Source: Paraspadella gotoi
Lineage: Eukaryota > Animalia > Chaetognatha
DNA: 64,000 nucleotides
Assembly (NCBI GenBank): GCA_051294375.1
Contig: CM119266.1
Location: forward strand, 25,848,897-25,912,896
Direction of reading: 5' to 3'
The translations under genes and the position numbers were made by a program. The stretch's first letter is position 1; each line of letters starts with the position of its first letter. Shown here piece after piece: positions 1 to 47,980 of this stretch. The notes below the pieces were generated by a model that ran no database searches, was not told the origin of the DNA, and saw only the letters and a list, made by a program, of their open reading frames with translations.

Positions 1-1116
1 TTTGCGTATTTCTTACGTCGTTAATTATTATTACATTTTACGAAACTATCGTAAGTAAATTCGTATGGGATTCCGCAGTGTTTTACGACTTATCGAGAAA
101 ATCCCTATACTTCCGGCATTTAGACCGGCGCTACCCAAAGACCCTTTCCGGCGCAACCCCGTTCGGCATCCGCACGTGCCGAGCGCACGTTTCGACTCGA
201 ACGTGCGATTTCCCCACGCGCATCTCTAGCCTCGTTGCGGATTCTAAAGACGCCGCGTTTTCCGCAAGCCGCCGCTCAAAAGGAAAAGAGGGAGGCTGAA
301 AATTCTTCACTTATCTCTGAAAATTTACCCTTTTATACAATTTACAGTTTGAAATGGAACGAAATATCAAAAATACTCAACTTTACGTTTACTAAAACTA
401 TAAAATGCCTCCGCCAATGAAAAAAAAAAGGTTTTATTCATATCGAAACAAACGCAAAAAAGAAGGCCGTACGAAAAACTTTGGAATGAATGGAAAAAGT
501 CGTGGGGAAGAACCAGGCTTGACTGTCGTGGTTGCTGTTGTTGGTTTGGCTGTTGTTGTTGTTACACTTCATCAATATCGGATGAGTTTGGCCTCGGTCG
601 TTCTATTCAGGGCAAATTTAAGGGGAAGAGAAAAAAGTCGGAAACGAAGATGCAAGAAAAAACTTAGATGAGATGTTCACGAGTACTACATATATTGTTT
701 TACATCAAAATGATGTATTAAATTTTAAAACTTCAGAAATTTTTTTTTTAAATATATTTGGTGTCGATTTTAGATTTATTTTGAAAATAACAATAAGATT
801 TTCCGATTACCGACCATCACTAATCGGGTTTAGAGCTTGACATTTGTTTTAGCTCTTTCGTCGCCCGCTAAAAAAAATAAAAATAATCCGTGAGTGACGG
901 TGAATTTTTGTGCCATAAAATATCCAGTTCAGAGAAAAGGCTTGGAAATAATTTCGGATTCTGAATGCGATTCGAGCGATTTTCTCGAATCTACTTGGGC
1001 GTTATGATCCGCCCTCTGTCGCCAACAAACCTTACCATTTCCTTACCCCATTCACGCTCTCCACCTCCCTCTACGTCGCCCACGCCCTCTCTCTCTCTCT
1101 CTCTCGTCTCTCCTCT

Positions 1117-1179
<63 letters not shown>

Positions 1180-2889
1180 GCACTCATAGATTTTGAAGGT
1201 CGATTAAAACGACATTTTCTTCAAAGGTTTTTCTCTCTCCTTTTATTTTCTCTCACTTTGCGTTTTTCTTCTTTGATTTTTTTTTTCTTCTTCTTACTAC
1301 TGGTTTTTCTTCCCACTCTCCTTTTTCAATCTGTTACTGCTTGAATTTTATTATTTCAAAGGTTTTTTTTCGCCTTTTACTTAATTCGCCATCTTTTATT
1401 TTGACATTCTTTTCTTAATATCTTAAAGTATTTTATCGATTCGTTAAAGGTACAAATGACGTGGAGATGTAAAAATAGATTAGTGGGTCGTATACTCAAC
1501 TTTTTTATGTATTAAATATACTCCCCTTGCTTAGAAAATCTCGGGATCATTGACGTTTTGAAAGTATTTTTATTCTCTTTAAATTCCTCCTCCTCCTCCT
1601 CCTCTTCTTTCTCCTCCTCATCCACAACACTCTCAACATAATCCTTTTCGACGATCTCATAATATTTTCATATCTCGATTTTCCCGCCAAACCGTTATCC
1701 CCCCCCCCGCGCCCGTCAGAACGCCGCCCTCTCTTCCAACAACACCTCAGCCCACATTCTCCGACCGTCTTCCAACAGGCCTGCCCCTTACCCCCCCACC
1801 CCATAGCCACTCCCCCTCAACCACTCCACCCCTCTTCCCTCGCTCCAACGCTCGCACTCGGCCGGGCGGAGCTTCGGTCTCGAGATGTACAGTAATTAAT
1901 TATTAACGCTAAATTACAGCGGAACCCGATTTTTTTTTTCTCGAATCGGAGGCGTGAGGAAGGACGCGAGTCTCTGCTTTAAAAAATCGAGAAAATATAT
2001 CAGTTTTATTTAACTTATCGTTCCGTTTAATGTAGTAGTTGAAGTTGAAGATACAGTATTATCATATTATATCATATCATTATCATATTATCATATCCTG
2101 CTTCGGTGTGACGATACGGTGACGCAATTGTGACGCGAGTTGGAAACGAATTCTCTGGGGAGATTCCGTCAACGAGATGAGTTTACATTTTGATGGCCGC
2201 AGTAAAAAAACGAGAATATAGTATCGCGAATTACCGAGAGGAAAAATGTATTTGTTTACGTTATTTAATAACTAATGTATCAGGGAGGGAGGAAGCGAAT
2301 CAAAATCAGTAAAATAGCTTTAGTGTAAATGTGATATTATTGTTTAATTTGTTTTGGACTAATCTTTTCGTTGCGTTTGAGATCAGAATCAAAATACGTA
2401 AAACATTTTAGTTTTGTTATTAATTATCATGAAGGCTAACAAATTAACCGAAACAAGTACATACGTTTTCTTCTTTCAAAATACAAATAAATTTGTTGTC
2501 TGCAAATTAAACGAGAATTTTTCATTTGATTTCAGTATAAATTTAAAAAAAAATAGAAACTACAAACATAGTCATCTTTAATCTCTCTACCTCATGATTA
2601 TGTAATTTTAACCATTGGAATTAGTTTAACTAAGAATAAAAAGAATTAACCAATAACTAATAACCATAGGAAAATTACCTCATTAATTTTCTAATTATCT
2701 AATTAATTGCTAACAATAAAAAAAAACAATCGTAAGGTCACCTTACCACTGAACTACTTATATTTAATTAAAAAAATAACCTCAGAGCTTTCCAGCCCCC
2801 CCCCCCCAAAAAAAAAGCGGGCACGCACAACCGATGCTAATTAAAGCTTCGTCTCGTCTTGACCTTTTGTTTTTTTTTCCCTCTTCCAG

Positions 2890-36982
<34,093 letters not shown>

Positions 36983-38884
36983 TGAAGGCGAATGAACAAA
37001 AGAACAAATAAAAAGACTTTAAAATAAAAACTTTATAAAAACCTTTTATCGGTGCTCTCTACCCAGTCGTTACGGTGCAGTATAAACTTTTGTCCGTAAA
37101 CGATGGATGAACGGACATCCTGATCTCGATTATTACATGTTCACTCTTGGATCGTGCTGTTTTTTATACAAAAAAAAAGAAACGAAAAAAACAAAAACAT
37201 ATCTCTTTCTCTTTTCTTCGTTTTCATTTCGTCCGCATATCATCGCCAGTTTCGTTTTAAAATAAAACCCTCGGCGATCAGTGATTCAAATTCAATACAA
37301 TTTTTGTTTGTATGTTTGTTTTATTCTTTCAAAACAAACAATTCGCTTTTCTTATTTCGACCGATTGTAATCATCGTGAAATAAATCTCGTCGTACCAAA
37401 ACAAAAAAAAACCTGTTTTTTTATTACTTCAGCTCCTCGACATTTTTTTAGAAATAAATATCCAATGTTCTATAAAAAACTCTTTTTTATTGTCTCTAAA
37501 TATTTCAATACTTCAGGCTATCAAAGTTATTAATCATTAGCTAATCGCGTTTAATTAACGATGCGAATGATAAACCTGGAAATGACTTTTATGTTCCCTA
37601 TTTTTAACTTTATCAAGATAATTGATAAAACTTAATTTCAGTCGGGTGCATCGCGTAATATCCAAGAAGAAAGACAAGAAAGACAAGAAAAAAGACAATT
37701 TATAAATTCATCTGTTATAATAATAATAAACTAACTAATATACATTTTTAGGTTTACTTTTGACTAAACTGCTACCAAAACAGGAAATAGAAGCAAAGTA
37801 ACTTCTAGCAAGATGCAAATGGAACGAGAAGCATTCAAAGATTTTTTTTCGATATTCAGTTGCAGCCAATATAAAATACTTGCGTATAAGGCAGCCAATG
37901 AAAATCGTTATCTGTTTGGTTCGGTCCTTTTTTTTTCCTTTTAGGTCTGAACTAAAAATAAAATACGACAGATATTATTTTTTTGTGACTCTTGATTTGT
38001 TTATTTTTTGCTTTTTTCCTTTTTTACCTTTTTTTTGTTTGAGATGTAATGAAAGAAATTAAATTAATTCATACATCGATGGATGTCATGTGAAAAATCT
38101 TTTTTAATGTTTTCTATTCGCCGCCGCCAGATGTCGAGGACGCTTTTGGGAATCGCGCTTGTCGTCCTCGTTGCCATGACAACGGCGTTGCCAAGGCCGA
38201 ATGAGAGTAACGGTAAAAATATCGCGTTTTTTAAAGTCATTTGACGATAAAATTAAGGGAAAAATTAAAGGGAAAATGATAAGTAACTGCAACCAGATCG
38301 GAGAGAATCGACATTTCAAAACTTATATCTTAATTTTCAAAGGTACTTAAAATCTAATATCCTGTAATTCCAAGTTTTATGTTTTAGCCTTGACCCGAGC
38401 AAAAAGGGGAAAAAAAGTAATTGTTTCTTTTGGTTAAATGAATGTTCTAACCCGAAGGTTAATGACAGACAAAAAATGCTGTGCACGAAAAAAAAAATCT
38501 TTTTAGGGCAAAAAAATTTAATTATATAGCATACAAAATTCAAAGATAAATTCAAACAGATTGTTTGCTCGAATAGATTTTTATTTTTTGAAAGTGAAAA
38601 ACATAGCAAAGTGCAGATTACATAATAATCGATCTATTAATTAAAAAAAATAGAAAAATAGAAAAATAGAAAAATAGAAAAATATTGAGTCACCGTATGC
38701 AAAAATCTTGTATATCTTTTAACTGTCAAGGACAACGACGACGACGAAAATGACGACAACGACGACGACGAAAATGACGACAACATCGACGACGACTTCG
38801 CCGACAATCAATGTAGCGTAAATTTCGTTTCGTCTTTCGTCTAAAAATAGACTCCATTCGGCTCATTTCTAATTTCCTGTTGGG

Positions 38885-39000
<116 letters not shown>

Positions 39001-39385
39001 TCTTCTTCCCCCCCTCGTGGGACGTGATTACCTCCTTTCAGCTTTTCGAGGTTTACTTACCTTAATTCTTCGACTCTTTCTCCTTCGCTTTTAACTTACT
39101 TGTCTCTTCGCTTGGCTTGTCACTCGCTAACGTCACTCGAGTCCTTACACGAATTAGGCTTCACTTCAATCACTTCACACTTTCGCAGCAACTCACTCTC
39201 GCTATCACTATTCACTACTGTCTTAAGTTGACGGTGTAAACGAATAAAGTGGTTTTTCTCACCACAATAATTCAATAAACGGTCAAAAAATTTTGCGTCC
39301 GAATCCGTAGGCAATAATGACCTCTTTAGTAGCCTATTGTTAGAACATTTAAATATCTAAAAAATTTATATAAATAACTTTACAG

Positions 39386-39537
39386 ATTTGACGGATCTAT
39401 CGACTCGAGGCCGAGGACCCGGAAAGGACATCATCACCAGGTCCATCTGCACCATCTACTGCGGCATCTCCTGCAAGATTTGTGGCTCCGCCTGTTGGTT
39501 ATTTTGGCCCGAAAAGTGGGGGAAATGCAAACACTGA
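39386..39537 (+). CDS. Probable terminal exon of a small cysteine-rich peptide
   Basis: tttacag| then LTDLSTRGRGPGKDIITRSICTIYCGISCKICGSACWLFWPEKWGKCKH*; a GC-rich island in AT-rich flanks with C-ending codons like the other genes here; upstream exon not established. Confidence 0.5.
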
Positions 39538-39990
39538 GGCCTTGCCCTCTGATGCACTCATGCGCAATTACTTTGAAATCTGTTCAACAGCTTCTGTTGA
39601 CTGTTGTCGTTTTCCTTTTTTAAAAATTTTAACCCATTAATTAAAATTATGACGAAAATGATTAATTTTTCCAACCCTGACGAATATTTTAACTCGGAGA
39701 TTTTAAGAAAATCAAATTAGGACCGAGGGGAAAAAAAATTCTTGTAATTTAATTTCGCTCAGGAACTTTTCATCCTATTATTTTACACCGTTCTTTGTAT
39801 TTTTATTATTTATATTAGTTAAACAAAAACTCTGATAGAAAAAAGGGACTTGAAACAAAGAATTCGTCAGAAATTGTTTTCTTTCACGCGAGAAAAACGT
39901 CGAGATTTTGGCACTTCTATTTTTGTTGTTGTTATTGTTGTTATTTTAAATTTTTGTTGACATCATCTCTTTCGTCGGTTTCTTCGTCGA

Positions 39991-40021
<31 letters not shown>

Positions 40022-40022
40022 T

Positions 40023-40056
<34 letters not shown>

Positions 40057-40499
40057 AGAAGGAACGATCAAAACCAATGACCCAAACGGAAAAAACTAAT
40101 GACTTTCCAACATTCTAAGCCGCTCCACATTCCGCCGAGCAGTTTTTCTTAACCGCCCTCACCAAATCGAAAATGCTCATCTACAATTTTCAGTTTTTCA
40201 CAGCATCTCAGAGTCGAGAGTCCAAAATACGGAAACAGATAAACGAAGGATTTCATGAAAAAAAAAATACCCGCTTCTACTAAGAGCGTTGCATCTCTAC
40301 GCAATAAAAAAAACTGTTCATGGGCCCCGACTTTCGCCGGTCCTCCTTTAATCTTTTCTTTTGTTTCTATTCAACCAACGGTTTTCTTTCTTTCTTTCTC
40401 TCTCTCTCTCTCTCTCTCTCNNNNNNNNNNNNNNNNNNNNNNNNNNNNNNNNNNNNNNNNNNNNNNNNNNNNNNNNNNNNNNNNNNNNNNNNCTCTCTC

Positions 40500-40582
<83 letters not shown>

Positions 40583-40810
40583 CCTTCTCTTCTTCTCTGT
40601 CTTTCTCTCTCTTTTATTGGTTTACCCTTCAGTTTTCTTGTTTCCTCCTCCGGTTTTCCCTGCGCGAAAATTTCATTTTCCGCTAATGCCTTGTACACAG
40701 CTGGGCCACTTTGAACCACGGCTTTCATCTTCCAAATTCTCCGGGGACCATTTCAAAATTTGGCGCCGAGACATTTTTTCTCCTGGTCGCCCTTGCGTTT
40801 TCTGCGCTCG

Positions 40811-40846
<36 letters not shown>

Positions 40847-41681
40847 TTCTCATTCTCTCACCATTACCTCCTCTTTCGGGAGCCTTTCTCTCACCACATC
40901 TCCGGTTTCTTGTTTCCATCTTTATCAAAAGAAAACAATTATTCCTCCCTCGTTTTATGAGAGAGAGAGAGAGAGAGAGACAGAGAGAGAGAGACTGACA
41001 GACAAAAAGATACACAAACAAATACCTCCCATACATAACCGAGTCCGTAGGCATAGTGGCAAACGAAAAAAAAAGGTAGTCCAGTACCAAGCAATACCAA
41101 GCAATGCGACTCTATGCCACGCAACGTTACGCAACGTCATATCAAGCAGGGCATGGCATGTTGAAAAAAAAAATAGAATCGAATTTCGATGGGGGACGAA
41201 AAAATTAGGAGCCCGCATTGAGTCCCGTTGAAGATCGGATAAAGAAAAAAAAGGAATAAGAAAGAAAGAGAAAAAGGAAAAGATGTAAAGAAAAAGTAAA
41301 AATAAAAAGAGAAATAGATAAAATGTTTCCAACTCTTACCTTACATTCACTTACCTTCCATCAGGGAAAGAAAGTAGGTTTCCTTAGTTTCCTTAGTCGA
41401 TAAAAAAATAAATATTGCAGGTTGAAAACCTTTTTTCTAGCCTCATATTTAGGGATTGCTTTTACCAAAAAAAAAATATATTCCTAAAATTCGTCTAAAT
41501 TCGAAAATCTCCGAGTCAATTTACGACTCTGAAAGGAAGAAAGAAATTAAATAAGGCGTAAAATGGAAGAGAAAAAAAAGAAGAGACAGAGAAATGTGAG
41601 AAAAAAAGAAAAGAATAGAACAGAGGAAGGAAAAAGAAAAGGTTAAAACCGGATTAAGGAATGGCTCGGTTTCTTCTCTCT

Positions 41682-41745
<64 letters not shown>

Positions 41746-42010
41746 TCTCGCTCTCGCCTTTAAATGACGCGAGATTGGATGGGATTGAGAGAGAAAGGAA
41801 ACGATGATTGAAGAGAGTGTGATTGGAAAAAGGGACTGATTGGAGATAGAGTTCTTTTGGCTGGTAAGACGAGTGGGGTGTTGGATTGAGAAATGAGTAA
41901 ATCTATGGGTTGAGTAACGTAGTAACCTTTGAATATGGGATAAGTCAAAAAATGGATCCGGAAACGTGGAAAGAGCCTATCGCAAAAAACAGTTATCATC
42001 GAAGAGAGAG

Positions 42011-42064
<54 letters not shown>

Positions 42065-42646
42065 GACAGTTTTGAGTAAGGCCCCCTTTTCTTCTCATTG
42101 TGCCCATGGGAAAATCAAGTTCAGCCCCTGGAGCAGAACTCCCTCTCGGTCGGCTGAGAAACCGGCCAAGATGACGACCCTGATGACGACCAAGACGAGT
42201 ACGACAAACGACAAAAACTCGAAGTGTGAAAACGCTTAGGACGACGAAAACGACCACAAAATTAATGATTACAACGACTGAAACGACGACGAAGACAGAA
42301 AGGATGATAACAACGATAACGAAGACGACAGCTATGACCCCTTTCAAGCGACTGACGCGGACGTCGCGAACTCCATTTATTCCGTCCACTTCCGCGAGAT
42401 GTCGCTCTTGTCTTCGATGACGATTTCTCGATTTTTCTGCCTCATAGAAAAAAAACGAGGCACGACGAATGGTTTGCTTGTATTGTACAGACGAAAAAAA
42501 TAGATCTAGTTATACCTAAATTAACTTTAATTGAAATTTAACTCTGAGAGATCTAAGAGATAGGTAATTGAAGGAATGACGATCTCTCAAAAACCCTAAA
42601 TTTCTTATCAGTCCGCATCCAGTTTAAGTGAAATTAGCTTTTCCAA

Positions 42647-43570
42647 TACCATGATGGAAAAAAAATTGTCGCGGTTACTTTCCAGCTATTTTTCGGCATT
42701 TTAATGTCAGAATCGAAAAATAAAACTTACATATCGAGAAATTGTAGCCTTTTGTGATTCATATGAGCTGTGTCTCTTTTATGTACGATAAAAAATACAA
42801 GAGTTCCATGCATAAGAAAATCAGTTGTCCAAAAAAATGTTTCCTTCTTTTTTATCTTTTTTCATATCTACACTTTTCATTTATACTAATTTCCGGTTCT
42901 TTTTTATTACTTTTTGAGTTATACCGTTACTATTAAAAATTCCTGCCTTTTCTCAGTCTTATGTCAAATAGTTATTGCATCATTTCCATTAGGATAGATT
43001 CAAGGATGAATCTTAATTCATATATAAAAAAATAGCGGCATTAAAAATATATTAATGCTGTAGATTCTCCAGAATATTCTTTTTATATTGTAAAGTAACG
43101 GGTAACCTTTCTATGAGCAAAGTTATCATTTTTATTTACCTCTGGATGTATTATCAGAACCAAATATCAAACAAGTCCCAAAAAAAAAATCAAGTCATCA
43201 TAAAATGCATCATCACATTATGCAACAACAACTCAAGCCTGGTTTACTTTATAGGGGATCAATCTTTTTCACTTCTGGCTAAGGACCATTTTTTGCCCGA
43301 AATCTGATAAAAAATATTATGTCAGAGATATAATATTAACAATAATGTGAGTAATCCTCTTTTCAAAAAGAGGTGAAAACAGTTGGAGACAACCTCTTTT
43401 AGAAGTATTTGAATTCATTAAATAATTTTATGCTGTTGAGAAATAATCTTTTTATTCAGTCCTAGGGAGGTCATATTACATATTAAAACCTATTTACCGA
43501 CCAAAAAATATATTAGACAATGAAATTAACTGACTTTTCCAAACCGCGACAATTTTTTTCCATCATGGTA
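42647..43570. mobile_element. MITE-like element with ~30-bp terminal inverted repeats
   Basis: TACCATGATGGAAAAAAAATTGTCGCGGTT at 42647 and its reverse complement AACCGCGACAATTTTTTTCCATCATGGTA ending at 43570; AT-rich non-coding interior; possible TA TSD. Confidence 0.6.
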
Positions 43571-43903
43571 GGATAATAAAAACAGCTTATTTTAGTGATA
43601 AAGGTGAATCATGATCAATTCCACATAATACGTTAAAGTAAGCGACAGGAATGTATTTACAATGACACATTTAATGAGATTTTAAACAAATTTACGTCTT
43701 TAGTAGTTCTATTTCTTTCGATCCCAATATGACAAAGAGTTAATAATTAATTCGAGAAGATTTTTGGCAGGGGAAAGATGCCAGTGCAAAAGATGAGGAT
43801 GCCGCGGCGAAGACGCAGCACCTAGGCTGCCGCAGCATCGACGCGACGGTGTCGCAGCGCAGACGCCGCAGAGCGTGGTCAAACCCCCCAGCCCACCATA
43901 TGG

Positions 43904-44404
43904 TCACTTCTTGACATCCTCCTTGTCCAGCAGCGAGCCCAGCGTCGTCCCGTCCAACGAGTCCTGCAACAGATATTTCTGTTCGTCGTCGTCGTCGTCG
44001 CTCTCTTCGTCGCTGCTCCAGACGTCGTTGTCGTCGTCGTCGAGCTCCGCCTGGCAGCAGCACCTGTAGCAGACGACGAGAAAGATGATGACGATCGCGA
44101 TGACGACGACGACGATAAAGGGGACGCTGATATCGCGGACGCTGAGTTCGTCTTCCGGCTCTTCGGACAATCGTGTCGCGTTGGCGTCGGCGTCGGCGTC
44201 GGCGTCTCTTTTGGCGGCGACGAAGGATCCGACGTTAGGGGGCAGAGCGATCGAGATGGCGACGTCGTCGTTGTCGTCGATGCCTGGTAGGCGTGGCGCC
44301 GTCTTGGGGGAGCGATGAACGACGAAAGAGGAGGAAGGGAGGAAGAGGGAGAGGAGGAGGAGGAGTGAGAGAGAGATGAGGCCGGAGAGAGTCGGTCGCC
44401 GCAT
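43904..44404 (-). CDS. Intronless 166-aa type I membrane protein of unknown family
   Basis: aaacaATG start; signal peptide (LISLSLLLLLSLFLPSSS); N-glycosylation sequon NAT; TM (VPFIVVVVIAIVIIFLVV); juxtamembrane CYRCCC; acidic tail with EQKYLL. Confidence 0.7.
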   Translation of the reverse strand: MRRPTLSGLISLSLLLLLSLFLPSSSFVVHRSPKTAPRLPGIDDNDDVAISIALPPNVGSFVAAKRDADADADANATRLSEEPEDELSVRDISVPFIVVVVIAIVIIFLVVCYRCCCQAELDDDDNDVWSSDEESDDDDDEQKYLLQDSLDGTTLGSLLDKEDVKK

Positions 44405-45171
44405 TGTTTCAAGGAATTTTTTCTTTGTTGTTGAATTCTTCGTTGTTTCGATGTTTCAGTGGAGATTTTGAATAGATTTTTTTTTAAATGATGATTGATT
44501 TTTGATTATTTAATGATTATTTAGTAAATAATTCTCCAGTTGCGGATGATCGCGGCTTTGAAATTTAACATCGGCCGTCAATCGAATCCGTCGGAAAGTC
44601 CATGCAATTCAAAAGCGATGTTTGACACAATCTGAAAAAAAAGTAATGGCGATTAATATTTATTTCTATCTTCGTTAATGGTTTGAAATAAAGATAACGA
44701 CTCAAAAATTCATTAAAAGGAAGGAATTCAAATTTCAAAATTTTAAAAATAAATTAAATGGAACGACGATTTGCATCTTAAGAGTTGAATGTTAATGATT
44801 TTTGTTTTTCTAATAAAGTAGCGTTAGTTTTAAATACAACTAATTTTAGTTTAGCAAAATTCGCGACGTTTCATTCTGAAAAATCGTCTCGCCAAAAAAA
44901 AAAAAAATAATTCGCGTAGATTTTCAAGGGCATCCGAGAACCGGATGATGACATCGACGAAAATGAAGACGATGACGACGACGAAAACGACGACGACGTA
45001 GATTTTCAAGGCGAAGGTCAACCATGGCTCGACTCCGAGATACAAGAAAACGAGTTTCTAAAAAGCGTGATTTTTCAAATGGGAACTCCTTTAATGGAGG
45101 AATGAAATTTCGACAAAAAAAACTGGTTTTTATTTCTGCAGAATTTGGCAGTTCAAGTTTTGAGAGGGAAG

Positions 45172-45206
<35 letters not shown>

Positions 45207-45225
45207 AGAGAGAGAGGAGAGAGAG

Positions 45226-45261
<36 letters not shown>

Positions 45262-46436
45262 TTGAAAAATTAGAGACCTTGATAATGAAAAACAGGTTGC
45301 GAAAATTGAGTTACGAAAATGGATTTGGGAGGCTTTGCTCATCAGCAAACCGTCCATTCGCCTTTCAAAATGTCCAGTTCCAGTGAAAAGGCGTTTTCTG
45401 ACGTCTGCGATGGGCTTTTTTCACTTAAGTGAAAGTGCGATAAAGCATTAAGATTAAGATAATTAAAATTAGGATGCACACTTGAAAATAAATGACCCAC
45501 CAAAATAAAAGACATGGACATGGACAAGGACAAGGACATGGACAAGGTCTTCTCCAATCTTAAATTCCATCGACCCCCGCCATGTGCACTGACTGAAATT
45601 TTCAAAGAGGTTATTCAAGAAAAAGTCATGATTAATCACTTACCAATATGTACGTTTCTTTCTTATATCTTTCTTTCTAGCTTTTCGAAAACCTGTAATG
45701 GTATTACTTAAAAACTTAACCTTGAAAAGATACCGCAACAGTTCTTCACGATGTATCTTTTCAATTTTCCCGGCGACATCGACTCAATCACAAAATGTTT
45801 TCAAAAAATTTAAGTAAAGCCATAAGGACATACTAATTTTATGAATGAAAAGCCATAAGATTTTAAGTAGTGGTCCGTATCATATTAAATATAACCAACT
45901 TTAGTTATGATATTTCAACAACGCCTTAATTAAGAGCACCGATGACTGCAATGATGTTTTAATAATTAAGGCTTTCAAGAAACTAATTTTATCTGCAAGT
46001 CCCGGGTTCGATCCCCAAGGGCAACTAAAAAAAACCGAGCTTGTAACTTGGCTTATTTCTTCAATTCGCTTCTTTCTCTTTTCTTTTCAAAAATAATTTT
46101 CTCTAAAAATCCAAGAATGAATTTCGAAATTTCGATCTTGAACTTGAAAAATTGAAAAGTTGTCAGTCGACATTTCGTCCTCGCGATCCAAGGATTCTAC
46201 GGGGCCACTTAATTCAAGACTAGACTATCGGCCGCTTTAATAATTATTATTAAAGTCATTTCTTTAAATATTTGAATGGTTAGTAAGAAAAAAATGAATA
46301 ACAGATGGGTAAAATAATGTGTATTTGACAGTTATTTATTACAATTTATAATCATTTCCATTAAACAATATTTATTCATAATAAAGCTATAAAATAGAGT
46401 TCGCAAACGCCCCTCTTTTGTTTTTGTTTTTTTTTA

Positions 46437-47905
46437 TCAAATCGGCGGCAGTGCAAATTCTCTCCTGAACGGCGCCATGGTCGGCGACGGAGGCGGCGCC
46501 GCCAACTCGGCGTCGACCGCCTCCAATTGCGCCCTCAGAGACTCCAGCTTGGCCAATGACGCCGGAGCCTGCGGGGGATCCGATGGGGGCAGCACCGGCG
46601 CTACGGGATAGGACGACGCCGTCAAGGGCTCTGGCATCGACCCCGAGGTCGCCGCGAATCTCACTGTCGCCGTCTTGGGTTTCGCCCCCTTTTCTTTCGC
46701 CGACAGAGCCGGCGTCTTAATGACGCTGCCGACGCCGACATCGTCTCCGGCGCCACCGGGATCCACGCCGTTGCGTTTGCTTTGGACGCCGTCGTTGTTG
46801 ATGTTCGTGTTGTTGTTGTTGTTGCTGTTCCTGTTGCTGCTACTCTTTCTAGTGACGCTGGAATCCTGGGACTCAATCGTTCTCCGATTTCGTTCGATGT
46901 CCACAAACGAAGGATCTAAGTTCTCGTTGAAACAGGCTGCGCCGCCGCCGCCGCCGCCGCCTCCGCCTCCGCCGCCGCAACACTGCAGCGCGAACCATTT
47001 ATTTCATCTCCAAACACTCTTCTCACACTTTTCCGCACCGTCTAAACTTACCGCTTGGTCCAGGTCGACCCCCTTAACGCCCGCCAGTTTGGTGAGTTGA
47101 TCCCTCATCGCCAAATTCTGATCGAAGAGCTCGTCGCGCAGCCGCCGGATTTCCGCCTGCTGCTGCAGCACCACCGACCGCACAGTCGCGATCTCCGTCT
47201 CCGAAGCCTCCAGGGCGTCTGAGTTAGGAGGAAGAGGAAGAGGGAGTGGACGTCGTCGTCGTCGTCGTCGAAGTTACATTCGTTTTGTCTTTATGATTCA
47301 TCGTCGTTCATACGATTAAAAAAAATTGTTTTTGATTCTTCAAACGGTTCCACCAAATACTACTATTTAAAGAAATTCAGGATAATCAAATTAGAAACAG
47401 AGTTACTATGTAACGTTCCGCACATTGTAAGGATTTTAAATCGAAACTAAATTGTATCTTTGAATCGAGTCTTGTGTTTATCTAGGAACAGTTGCGGTCG
47501 AAGCAGCTGTCTTTATTTGCGGAAGGCAATAGATGAGGGAGTGTAGAGGGATTTTTTTTTTTTGGGGGGGGGAGTGGAGGTGGGTTGGGGGGGGGAAGTC
47601 GTTTCAAAGAATTTACTCGGGAGAAAAAGGGAGACAGTAAAGCCCTTTAAAAAGTTTGCGCTAGGTTGGGACTAAACAAAACCAAGTAAAAAGAAAAATG
47701 TGGCCCAAGCTGAGACAACGATTACCACAGCGACGACGACGACGAGTACGACGACGACGACGACAGCAAAACCTCGACGCCTTGTTTAAATCTTTCAGTG
47801 ACACGGAAAAGAGACTATGAGGCAATCAAGTTTGCTTCCAGAAATGGAGGGAGACAGGGACAAAGGAGAGTAAGAGAGAGAGAGAGACGGAAAACCTCTC
47901 TCTCG

Positions 47906-47980
<75 letters not shown>

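Noticed and set aside
78-299. GC-rich 73-codon frame after ccgcag, with a small hairpin at ~185-207
   Set aside because: No recognisable domain and it ends in a stop, so it cannot be the missing 5' exon of the CUB gene; context is cut off by the window edge.
45995-46025. tRNA B-box-like GGGTTCGATCCCC (similar at ~20966-20980 and ~34390-34403)
   Set aside because: No cloverleaf or A-box visible; at most tRNA-derived SINE relics.
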